Positions 34,869 through 46,800 of a stretch of 64,000 bases of DNA are shown in pieces (within the stretch, counting starts at the first letter, position 1; each line of letters begins with the position of its first letter). The DNA comes from a virus, in IMG/VR virus record IMGVR_UViG_3300022602_000037; one strand, 5' to 3'. A program made the position numbers and the translations under genes. The notes beneath the pieces are model-generated. The model was not told the origin of the DNA. It saw only the letters and a list, made by a program, of their open reading frames with translations, and ran no database searches.

Positions 34869-37832
34869 TTATATTTCTAGTTTTAAGATTGTAAGTGTTA
34901 CAGTTATATTAGCAGATGATCCACTATTATTATAAACTTTCAAATACATGTTTGAGCTAACTGTTCCATCAGCATTGAATCCAATTGCGGCTGGAGTAAA
35001 ATAAGTTGTTGTTGAAACAGTTGAAATTGATTCTGCAATGACTCCACTTCCTGGAGTAGGATCTGTAGTAATAGATCTAGAACTGTCATTAGACTGTGCT
35101 GTTGAACTAGTATAAACAGTTACCCATGCTCCTGCTGAAACTTGAATACTATATAATGCGTAACCTTTAGCGGCTGTAATTGTTCCCGTCACTGAGTTTC
35201 CAGAATTAATAATACCTGTAACATATTGTACAGTAGTTCGACTTTGTAATCCAGATGTTTGAACCGCACTAATCGTACCGCCACTGATTGTAATAGTTGT
35301 TCCGTCTGGTTTTACTGCACCAAGTTGACTTGTTGTTGCGGTAGCTACTGCAATATTTCCATTAGTAGCTATAATAGTTGAACCGTCAACAGTTACACCA
35401 CCTAATTGGCTAGTTGTAGCTAGAGCAAGGCCAATTGTTCCTGTTGTGTTTGTAATACCACTTGTAGATACTGACGGTATAATAACTCCGCCTAATGCTG
35501 ATGTTGTGGCTGCTGGAAGTGTATAAGAAATTGTACTAGTGATTACACCACCATTAATTGTAATAGTTGTACCATCTACTTTAACACCACCTAATGTACC
35601 ACCAGATCCAACACCTGCGGTTGGTAAAGTATAACTAGTGATATCAGACAAATTGGCTAAAGGACTCCAAACAGAATCGTGTGCATAATACATACGAGCA
35701 TCTGCATTACTAAAAGCAACTGCACCTTTATAAGAACTTGCCGATGGAAACGCTGTTTGATTTGTAAAATAAAATGGTATAATGCTACCTACAACAGGGG
35801 CAGTAATAACTCCAGTATTGTCTATAGTTACTGCACTATTTTGTAGTGTTTGTCCACCAGTGCCGTTGTATATTGCAATAGCTCTGTTGGTAGATGCTAC
35901 TGGGCCAATAACAGTTCCTCCTGATGAAGGCGCACTTATAACACCAGATCCGCTGATTGTAACTGTCGTTCCATCAACTTTGACTCCGCCCAATTGTGTA
36001 GTGCTTGCTATTGCTAGTCCGATAGTACCACTGGAGTTTGTTATTCCGCTAGTAGCCACTGTTGGAATAATAACTCCACCTAATGCTGAAGTTGTGGCTG
36101 CTGGCAAAGAATATCCGCTAGCACTACTAATTACACCGCTTCCACTAATTGTAATAGTTGTACCATCAACTTTAACACCGCCCAATGTTCCTCCGCTACC
36201 TACTCCAGCTGTTGGTAAGCTATACGGTGCTGGAGGTGTAAATGAAAACACTCCGGTAGAATTGTTATAAGATAAACTGCCATTGCCGCTAGCTGTTTGA
36301 GTAGTTATACTAAGACTACTCAATTGAATTGGTGTGAATCCTAGTCCAGTTGTAATTTGATTGCTGGATAAAGTATTGCCGCTGATACTAGTTACTGTAC
36401 CAGCATTTCCAGTGACGCTACCGTTAATTGGATTTGTTACTGTCAAATTAGTTAAAGTTCCAACACTGGTTAAACTAGAATTAACAATGTTTGAATTCAA
36501 AGTTGTACCAGTCAGCAATCCTGCGGCTGCCACAGTCGATCCTGGAATTTGTTGCCAGGTAGTTCCGTTATAAATTACATAATCACCGGCACTAAATGTA
36601 ATGCCTAAAGCTGTACCTCCAACGGTAACAGCATATTCCCAACCAGCAGTACCAGAACCGTTGGTTAATGTTGGAGTATTGGTACTGGCATTCCAAGTAC
36701 CTTTATAAACAACTGCTCCTGTTAAACTTGCAGGTATCTGACTAGCTGTCAATCTTCCGTCCGGTCCTAATGTTGCTATTCCACTAGCGGCACCAATTGT
36801 ACTGATTGCCGGAACTGAAATAATTCCTCCTGATATTGAAACGGTTGAACCATCTCCTTTAACAACTCCTAATACGCTTGAAGTAGCAGTTGGCAATGAC
36901 GCAATATAATCAACGCCCGGAACTGCAATACTCAATGCACCCGTCGATGTAGTACTCTTAAGTAAACCCGTAGCCAAACCGCTAGTGCCAGGTGCATAAT
37001 CTGTACCGCTTACTGCGGCTGTTCGAGTAGTGCCCGAAGACTTAACAATACCTGTTACACTTTGCGCACTTTGATAATCTGTTCCAGCAACAGCCGCAGA
37101 CATACTAGTACCGTTGCCTTTTAATATGCCGTTTATGTTAGTAATTATTGTAATAGCAGGAGTTGTGGTGCTATTGGCAACAGTTCCTGCAAAACCATTT
37201 GCTGTAACAACACTTATCGATGATACTGTTCCAGATCCTGCAATAGCAGTAATAACTCCATTATTAATAACAATCGAAGTTCCGTCAACTTTGACACCAC
37301 CTAGTGTTCCTAAAGTGCTAGTTCCAACAGTAGCCGTTGGTATAACACTACTAATAACTCCATTATTAATAACTATTGAAGACCCATCAATCTTAACACC
37401 ACCCAATGCGGTTGTTGTTGCTGTTGGTAAGCTATAACCGCTAGGTGCCGCACTGATCACACCGCCATTTATTGTAATAGTTGTACCGTCAACTTTGACA
37501 CCGCCTAATACTGAAGAACTTGCTACCGGCAAACTATATGCGGCTGGAGCTCCAACTAATTTATTATAACTTAATGCTGTAATCCAACTTGGATCTGAAT
37601 AATTTCCTGTTGTCAGCACCGCATTTGTTGTTGTATTAGGCGCCCAAAATAATTGAAATCCATCTGTATACAAGGCATTTCCAGCTTGTCCAACCTTACT
37701 TGGCAACACTGATGCCGCGACATTTGTGTATAATTCTGTAAAATTGGCATTTATCTTTTGCCCGGCTGTACGTAGACTGTCACCAGTGCCATCGCCTGGG
37801 GCTGATCCTACGTTAATAAGTTGTTGTGTCAT
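34869..37832 (-). CDS. Repeat-rich tail fibre with gp9/gp10-like N-terminus
   Basis: N-terminal INVGSAPGDGTGDSLRTAGQKINANFTELY; 11 copies of an LGGVKVDGTTITI-type repeat; YKGTWNASTNTP module. Confidence 0.8.
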   Translation of the reverse strand: MTQQLINVGSAPGDGTGDSLRTAGQKINANFTELYTNVAASVLPSKVGQAGNALYTDGFQLFWAPNTTTNAVLTTGNYSDPSWITALSYNKLVGAPAAYSLPVASSSVLGGVKVDGTTITINGGVISAAPSGYSLPTATTTALGGVKIDGSSIVINNGVISSVIPTATVGTSTLGTLGGVKVDGTSIVINNGVITAIAGSGTVSSISVVTANGFAGTVANSTTTPAITIITNINGILKGNGTSMSAAVAGTDYQSAQSVTGIVKSSGTTRTAAVSGTDYAPGTSGLATGLLKSTTSTGALSIAVPGVDYIASLPTATSSVLGVVKGDGSTVSISGGIISVPAISTIGAASGIATLGPDGRLTASQIPASLTGAVVYKGTWNASTNTPTLTNGSGTAGWEYAVTVGGTALGITFSAGDYVIYNGTTWQQIPGSTVAAAGLLTGTTLNSNIVNSSLTSVGTLTNLTVTNPINGSVTGNAGTVTSISGNTLSSNQITTGLGFTPIQLSSLSITTQTASGNGSLSYNNSTGVFSFTPPAPYSLPTAGVGSGGTLGGVKVDGTTITISGSGVISSASGYSLPAATTSALGGVIIPTVATSGITNSSGTIGLAIASTTQLGGVKVDGTTVTISGSGVISAPSSGGTVIGPVASTNRAIAIYNGTGGQTLQNSAVTIDNTGVITAPVVGSIIPFYFTNQTAFPSASSYKGAVAFSNADARMYYAHDSVWSPLANLSDITSYTLPTAGVGSGGTLGGVKVDGTTITINGGVITSTISYTLPAATTSALGGVIIPSVSTSGITNTTGTIGLALATTSQLGGVTVDGSTIIATNGNIAVATATTSQLGAVKPDGTTITISGGTISAVQTSGLQSRTTVQYVTGIINSGNSVTGTITAAKGYALYSIQVSAGAWVTVYTSSTAQSNDSSRSITTDPTPGSGVIAESISTVSTTTYFTPAAIGFNADGTVSSNMYLKVYNNSGSSANITVTLTILKLEI

Positions 37833-40800
37833 TGTGTTGTTCCTTGATCGAATGTTGTGCGAGTACCGTCAAAACTTAATAGTGTGTTGTCAAAAGTTCC
37901 CACCGATACATTACTTATTTGTTTATACTCACTATACCATATGCCAGGTTCTGCTCTTAAGAAATCGCTTATTTTTCCAGTGTCATAAAGCACACTTGTT
38001 ACATTATCCCAAGCCAATCCTGAATTTTGTACTACTGTAATTTGTGTTCCAAAACTTAATAAATTAGTCAATATTACAGTTGCTCCATTAATTATAAAAG
38101 TTAAAGAAGCAGTTCCATTTGAGGCTGTTCCCAATGTGTGATTAGGACCTGTAGTTCCTAGAACTCCGGCCACAGTAACTTCATAATAATTATTTTCATA
38201 ATTTACATAAACACCTATTGCAACTGCTAAACCAGATGCCCATGTTGGTCCATAATATTTCACTGCTGGTATAGTAAAATCTGGACTAAATGCAACATCT
38301 CCTTCTGGGCTAGTTGGGGCGTTGTTTATATTAAAGACACTATATCCAACTTTCTTCAAGCGTCTATTTCCAATAAAGAATTTCCAAGCACTGCTTGATG
38401 CAATATTAGTTGCAATAGAAGTAGTAGTTCCATCACTGTTAATTGTAACTTGGGTAACAGAACTAAAGAATGTGCTTCCACTAATATGGCTAATTAAACA
38501 TCTATAGGTGTAAGATCCCACATTAACTATAGCACCTACAGGATAAACTGCGCCAGTTTCCCATACTGATCCGTCGTTGTATCCTCCTACAAAAATTTCC
38601 ATATCGTTAATAGTAGCTGGTACAAAATCTAAACTAACTAGATTTGTACCGTCACTAACAATTTGTGTGACTTTTTGTGTATCACTATATGGAATATTTT
38701 CAAAAGGTCCAATATCCTGGACTAGTGTACCTGCTAAGGATACTGAATAAATTCCTGTACCAAGAGTCCCTCGACGCAATTGACTTAACTGATTACCTAC
38801 TAGCGAGAAGTACTCAATACGCTCACCTCTAATTTCAATAACTCCTGGTTTATTTTTACTTGGATTTGGTAAGTCAAAATTAGAAGCATTTTCAACTACA
38901 ATCACAGTGTCATTCCAGTGTAAATCTTGTGCCAATGTAGTTTGTTTAGATTTACTTAGACGTTTATAGGTCACACGATTTAACATATCTTTGAACTGCA
39001 TATATGCGATTCCAGATGTATATACATTGCTACCAAAAGTAATTATGGTTAACTTGTCAGTAATAGATGTATTTTGTGCTAATGTTATACTTTGATAATC
39101 TGGATTTAATTTATAATCAATCACAGGACTTAATAGAGTTCCATTTTTAATAACCCAAACGTAGTATTCACTTAATACTTGTCGGTCAAGCTGGACGATT
39201 CCTCCAAGAATATTATACATGTAAAAATAAAAAGAACTATTTGGTGTAAGAGATGCTAATGTAGAAGTAGATAAGGTAGTTCTTTGTGAATCTAAAAATT
39301 CATGTTGATAACTACTTATAACTTGTACCAAATGTGTGTTGTCATATGCTGTGTTAAATGTAATCTGATTATTCAGTGCATTATATGTGTAGCCTTCTCC
39401 GGTAGTTAGACTCACAACCAAAGTTTGACCTTTATATGTGTTATAGGTAGTTTTATTAATTTTAATTGTAACACCTGACAGATCAACAATATAATCTGTT
39501 CCTAGTGTTAATGTATTACTTCCCGCATAGACATACAAAGTTCTAATGTCAATCGAATATGGAACAAATTTGGTAGGATCAACTGTATAATTAAGTCTGT
39601 TGCTACCTATTGTAAAATATGCATTTACTGGAGCAGGTAAAATAGACTGATCGACACGCACTATCATGTCTGATTCGTCTGGTAAGAATGTTCCAACAGG
39701 ATTTTGCAAATTATAGGTAAATTGTCCGTTAGTTGCTATTGTTTCAACATTAGTTATAGCATAAGTCGGCACCGTACCAGCAACTATAATAAAATTAATT
39801 AATGCACCGGCAGCAGGAGCTTTTCCAAAATTAAATCCAATTGCTCCAGAATACAAATATGTCTTATCAGTCTTAAATATCTGAGGGCTAGCAACTTTAC
39901 CATCAACATATACTAAAGTTGTGATAGGAGTTGTCCAAGTTGCACTTGATACAAATTCAGATGTTGTTCCATCGCCAACAAAGTAATCAATATCTATAAT
40001 GTTTGCGCCATTGAATCCAATACTAAAAATACTAATTTCTGAATTAGAAGTAGGAGCAGTATGGAAAACAATATTATTATTTCTATAATCAACATCATAA
40101 TCAGTTGTCACAGTTTTTATCGCACCACCTACTTTTACTATTACAGCACCTGGACTGTTTGGTTGTTGACTTATTTTGAAACCAGTAGTAGCTCCATCCC
40201 CAATATAATTGTCAGTTCTTATAACTCCCGATCCGCTAGTTGGTTTTTCAAATATTTTAATAGCTAACGCATCAACTAACTGTCCTGGAACAACTTCTTC
40301 GGGAGCCACATTCGTAGTAGTTGTAATAAGACCGTCGCCATCGACGATAATGTCATCTGCTGATAAACCAGTAGCTGTGGCATAAACACCATTTAATGTG
40401 GTAGTATCACCGCCACTTAAACTAGTATCATAATCCTGATCTCTTGGCGCTATCGAACCATCGCTGGTAGTTTGTCTAATAACAAATTCGTCACCTTTAG
40501 ATACAGTAAACACATTAGCCGATGCATTTGATCCAGCATCTACTTTGTCAAGTATTCCATATACTGTACTTGCAGATCCTCCGTCATCTACCTCAATATC
40601 TATAGTTGTATTGGCTTGACCGCCGTCAACTAGTGTATAAGGTTGCGGAATGCTAAATGTTTTAGTTGTTAAACCACCAACATCGCTAACACCATCAGAT
40701 AAGAAAGTGTTTACAATAGCAGTTGCATTTATTGAAGGTATTAATGTAGATTCGTTTGATAAGATTGTACTTAATACAGTTTGCAGACCTGCATCTTGAG

Positions 40801-43800
40801 CCGGTGCTGTAGGATTAGTTACTGGTGCATTTGGATAAAATGCACTGCTTATAATTGTTGTAATTGTTGATATATTATTACTAATAGCAGTTCCTGCTAT
40901 TTGACCGTTAGCCAGGCCGCTATTTGTATATTGGAAAAAGTGTGTTTGTAATCTTGTAAATTGAGTATTGGTAATAATATGCTGAGCCATAGAATTCAAA
41001 TATCCAAAAACACCTGACCAATAGGCAGGGGGTTGAATGAATGGAATACTATTATTGTAAATCCAATACTGATTTGCTGAATAGATAGATTCTCTATTGC
41101 CGCCGTAGGTTAAATCGTAACATAGACTCAACACGATATATTGAATTTTTGTTTGGAAATCTGTTTGATCATATACTACACTTGGATAATTGTTAGTAAT
41201 ATATTGTATTAATTCTGCTTGAATAAACGGAATATTATCATTCAACAAAGTAGCCGCACTATAAAGTCCGTAATTAGGAGAAATAAAAGTATAATTCCCG
41301 TATTCTGCTTGTAGTCCAATACTTTGATTAATTTGTGCCGCAACTAGGCCATTATGTAGTACTACTGCTACGACTGTTGCAAATCCTGTTAGCCCAAGAC
41401 CACTCACTGACCACCCTGCTTGCACTGGCGTAGCACTAATAGATGCTACTGGAATGTATACATAGGTTCCTATCGGTGATCCGTTTATATTTGGTACATT
41501 ATAAACTATAGATGTAGGAGTACCATACGGCAATGTAAATATTGGTTGAGGAACAATTCCACCGCCAACAATAGTTGTTACTATTGCTGTGTTTGTATCA
41601 ATTGCCAAGACTGCTTCTGCATTAGTACCCACTCCTTGTAGATTAGATACTGTTTCAAGTAAATTATTAATTGAATAATTTGTTTCACTAGATTTATATC
41701 CGTAAGAAGTAATGTGGTTTGATATTGCAAGTCCTACCAAAATACTTTGATAGTTTGAATTATACGCGGCATCATAAGCTGCCGATTCTACTAGTTGAGC
41801 AAAGAAAGGTTTTATATTATAATTAGGATCATCTAATCTAACAGGATTTAATTTTCCAAGAATACTAATTATAGAACCCAGCGCTATTCCGCTATTTGTT
41901 AAATTTGTTAACGTAATTTTTCCATTGTTACTAATAACTACATCAGTTGGGTGAATTAGTGTACGAACAAAATTTAAGTAAGTGCTATCTGGTATTTCAA
42001 AATAAAGTATAGAACTTAGTTGTACTTGATTTGCAGATAAGCCCAACGTAGAATTTGGACCTACTGCTGTAACTGTAGTATTCAATGCAAACAATGATAA
42101 CGATGTATCTGTAGTTGTTATAACATCACCTACTCTTATTCCAGTCACGCTATTAACATACAAAATGTTGCTAGCAACCACGTTAGTTGTAAAAATAATG
42201 ATTCCGCTAGGAAGACTATCGGGCGGAACACTTAATTGTACCTGAGTTGATGATAGTATTGCTGTTACGGTTTGCCCCGATACAAATCCTTCTCCAGTTG
42301 CAGTCATACCCACCGTTATATTTGCAGTGCTTACTAGAGTAATAGTGTTTACATAAGATCCTGCAACAGACGCAACAGATGCAAATGTAGCACGAACACC
42401 GCTAGAGTAAGTTGTATGAGTCAATGTAACATATGGTGCAATATCTTGAGTATTATAAACATATTCTTTAGTAACACCATCTGATACATATGAATCTACA
42501 TTAACCTGTGTTCTATAAATGTTTAGTTGTATACCATTATCTGGAGTGTACGGTAATGTAAATGTATTAGTGTTAGCATTTACAACAACACTATAATCTT
42601 TATATGTGCTGTCATAACTATCCCACTTATCTGAATAAAATGGTACACTATCCCAACCCTGAGAAATTTCAAATCCTAATCCGTTAACAATAACACCGCC
42701 ATAATCTATACCAGTCATTAACTGTGCAAGATCTTTTCCTGGTTCACCTGCACTTGGTGTATAATAATACTGTATTCTATCTGTAGCACTTAACAAAGAT
42801 TCTGCAATATTATATGTAACAACTATTGATACTCCTTTTTTAGGAGCAGTTGTAAATGTTATTGTTCCAGAATATGTGGTATACCCCTTAACAGTACTTG
42901 AAACAATAGCAAGTGTATAAGTATCTCTTAATGCAAGAATACCATTAAGTGTAACAGAACTTTTACCTATAGTGTTATCTGGTCCCCATTGTAAAACAAA
43001 TTGTAATCTACTACCAGTTCCAGTAAATGTTTCAGTTTTTTCTAATTGTGTAATAACGTATGTTTGATCTACTCTGTCAAATTTAATTCCAACATAATTA
43101 GATCTAACAAGGCTTTTTCCAATAATTGCTACCGCAGTTGCTGGTGTTCCAGTAGGCAGTATTCCACCTTTAATTGTAATCGTTGGTGCCGATAAGTAAC
43201 CAGTTCCCGGAGTTAATAGCACTATTCTATTGACTTTTTCATTACTAATAAATGCTCTAGCTGTTGCTCCGGATCCGCTGTTGCTTGTAAAAATAACCTG
43301 AGGTTCAGTTACATACCCGCTGCCGCCGCTAGTTAATTTTAATTCTGTAATTGTAAATCCTGCATTATCAAGCCAGAACTTCCAAGGATATGTTTCTATA
43401 GCAGGATCTTGGGCGATGATTTTATCATTTTGAGAATAAACTTGTATCAAAGTTCTCTTATTATTTTCGTAAATAGAAGGTAAATCAAAATCTGTTATAG
43501 GCAATTGGGCAGGATCAATGCTGTCATAATTGCTAATGTATTCCCTGACAGTAGTTTTATAAGGTTTAACTTCGTTGACATAATCTTCAAAATTAGCAAG
43601 ATTATCTGGTTTGTAAGTCACAGGCTGATCTAGACCGCCGACATTGTGTTGGGCTCTTACAAAACTAGTCTTAAATATCCAATCAACATAAAGTTGTTCG
43701 CTATGAATATAATGTACACTACCAAAGAATAAATCTAAATAAGAACCGTTTAGTTCTCCTTTGAAAATATCATTTTTTAGACTAGACAGTATAATTCTCA

Positions 43801-46800
43801 ATTCAGTTGATGCATATAGGTCAAAAGATTGAGAGTCATATATGTTATTATCAAAACCTAATTGAGTATTCGATAAATTGTAAAGAGAAGCATCCAGCTG
43901 AATGGTGCCATTTTGTAAGCCAACTACATGATAACTCTGTGTCCAATCTATGCTTGTAGAATCCGCATACTTATATAATAGTTCCCAACCGCCTGTGTTA
44001 GTGGTTCTAACTTTAACTGTTTGTCCTATAATAGGAGAAATTGAATTTAAGTCCGCCAGTGTGGCAACTGAAAAATCAGCGGCTGTAAATTGACTGTAAC
44101 CAGTTGCATACCAGTCTGCATAACTCCAATAATTTCTAACATCATATGCTTGAGTTAAGACTAATGACCAATATCCAACTGTAGTCTTTCCTACTGATGT
44201 TACTGGAGGTATCCATGCATATATACTCCAATTTCCATTAGCGTTAACATCGCTTCTAATTAATGCACTGTAATTTCTAATGGTTAATGTAGTTGTACTA
44301 TCATAACCTTGTCCTGATGATATTACTTTAGCTCCGGTAATCTGACCTTTTGTATTAATAATTGCATTTACTACAGCCCCAGTACCGGTACCATTAACTG
44401 TAATATAAGGAGCAACAAGATATCCTTTTCCTGATAAAGGATTACCAGTACTATCAGTATTAATAGTTATTCCAGTAATCCTGCCATCCGAAATTGTTGG
44501 GTTAATACTTGGTGTTGTATAATTACCTACACTAGCATAAATTAATTCTGCATAATTATCAAAAGCAATATCATACAACCCCGTAGTAATTGCAGGTGCT
44601 GGATCATAACTTTCTAAATTTTTAAGATCTGAATTTTCTACTATCTGATTTGCTAACAATATCTGATTAGCTTGTTCTACAAATTCTTTTAATGCTTCAA
44701 AACGATTAACAAACATACCCTGGCGAGGTCGATTTTCAATACCATAACGTAACTTAGGAGGCAATGCCGGATCGGGCACTGGTCGACCTACTGAATCATT
44801 TCCACATAAACTGTCAATCCATTTTTGTTCAATTACATCAGGAATATATGTTGTAGGGTCTTCGCTAACTAATTTCCAATGACTATGTACATTCTGATTT
44901 GTTTTAGAACCTAACCAGTACTCAACACTTAATACAACTTCGTCATGCTTTAAGTATTGTTTTGCATTAACTAGACTAAAACTACTTGGGCCAGTTAATG
45001 CAAGATATGTATAACCCTGCCCTCTTGGATTAGCAATTAAAGTAGAAACATCGCTAGCTGCCAAGTTTCTTCCGGCAACATTAGGAATGAATTTTTTGTT
45101 TTTAACCCAGAAATAATAGGTATTCTTAAATGTTTGAGTTACAGTATTATAAGTTTGTTTTACACTATAACAACTATTGCCATATAAACTAGTTCCACTT
45201 ATTCCGGCCGTAATACCAGCTGGTGTGTCTGCTAGAGAATCCCATACTGCTGGCAATTGGTTATAACTTACCCATTCGTAAATATCAATACTTGCACCGG
45301 TTGCTAGCGAATTCCAATTTGTATTTTTATAAACAGGGTTATCTTCATATGCATTTAAGAATTTTGCGGTTCTTAAATCCCACCATAATAAGCCTACTTG
45401 ATCATCTTTCCATGCAGTGCCAGTATTGACATTAACTGTAGTATCTCCTACACTATAAGTAGCTGGATCATAAAATGCTTTGAATTTAATTTCTTCTTCT
45501 GCTGGCCCAGCAATTTTGCCCTGTGCAGGATCAATAATATCTAAGTATGTTACTAATGTTCCTAAAGTTCTATTATACAAGAACGCTTTTTTAATTTTCT
45601 TAACGTCTGGTTTATCAATTTCGCTGTGTATGATAGTCCAAGTCTTTGTGCCTGGCATCTTACTATAATCATATACTCGACCAGAAGTTAATCCATGATC
45701 TATACCAAATGGTGCACCAATTAATACGTGATTGCCCCCTACTGCAAATCCAGTACCATATCCGTCAGCTACTCCACCTTCATTAGTAATTATTGCGGCA
45801 ATACCTGTACCTGAACCGTCACCTGTTGCAGTAAATGTAACACCAATAGCATTAACACTAGCACCAACTTTTGTAAAATCTGTAGTGCCTAAACTTAATA
45901 TTGAATATGTATTACCAACAACAAATTCTCCTGCTGGGGTAACTGGATTAGACCTGGTTAAACTTTCACTAAACACCCAACTAGTATCATAACGATCATA
46001 GATATCAATGCGACCACTATTAATTTGTCGTACAGTAAATGGTGTAGAATTTTTATCAAATGTTGTAGAATTTTTATCAAATGTTGTAGTTATAAACGTA
46101 TCGCCATACTGACTATAAATTACTAATGTTTCAAAGTTATTCATGAAAGAAATTTTACGGCCAAAATGTCCGTTAGTTTCTGGTTGATGAGGAACTAATG
46201 TCTGTTGTATAAAATATAATCCAGAATCAGTATGATAATTATATACTGCTACAGAACCTTGTTGTTTAATTTGTGTTGAACTTGTAGTATCATCTGAAAT
46301 AGCAATATAATTGCCATCATCTGATATTGCCAATTGTATATCATAATCAACACCTTGTAATATTTGTACTAGTCCAAAACCAGTTAAACTATTTCCAGAA
46401 ATAGTACCTGCCTGTGTTTGCGGGCCAGTAGCGTGGCTAGCATAACTAACACTATTCAATGTAACAGCAGTTACAACAAATGCGCCGTTAAATGACGATG
46501 GTACAACACCAGAGACTGTAATTGTATCGCCTAATGCATAGGGCAATAGTGTTTGTTTAGCAAACGTCAATGTTGCCGTTGTGCCGGTTCCAGTAGCACC
46601 TGTAGTCGTCAATACAACTGTTGGTGTAGCTTTGAATATTGCCACTAAAGCAGTTGTAACACTACTTGCGGCACTAATTGCTAATGTAGAATTATCATTA
46701 CTTATGGCTAGACTATAACCAAAATTCATTCCGGTTATATTACCAGTATACACCTCGGCTTGATCATAGCCCCAACCAACAACTGCAAATTCAATTACTC

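Noticed and set aside
35782-38040. Plus-strand ORFs antisense to the repeat fibre (35782-36270, 36361-36573, 37114-37437, 37726-38040)
   Set aside because: These are shadow frames caused by repetitive Thr/Gly/Val codons on the coding strand; they have no RBS or promoter. The same applies to the antisense ORFs over gp5, the collar gene and the giant gene.
46043-46089. 21-bp tandem repeat as a CRISPR or DGR element
   Set aside because: Only two in-frame copies with no spacers, and no cas or reverse transcriptase gene in the window; it is a simple coding duplication.
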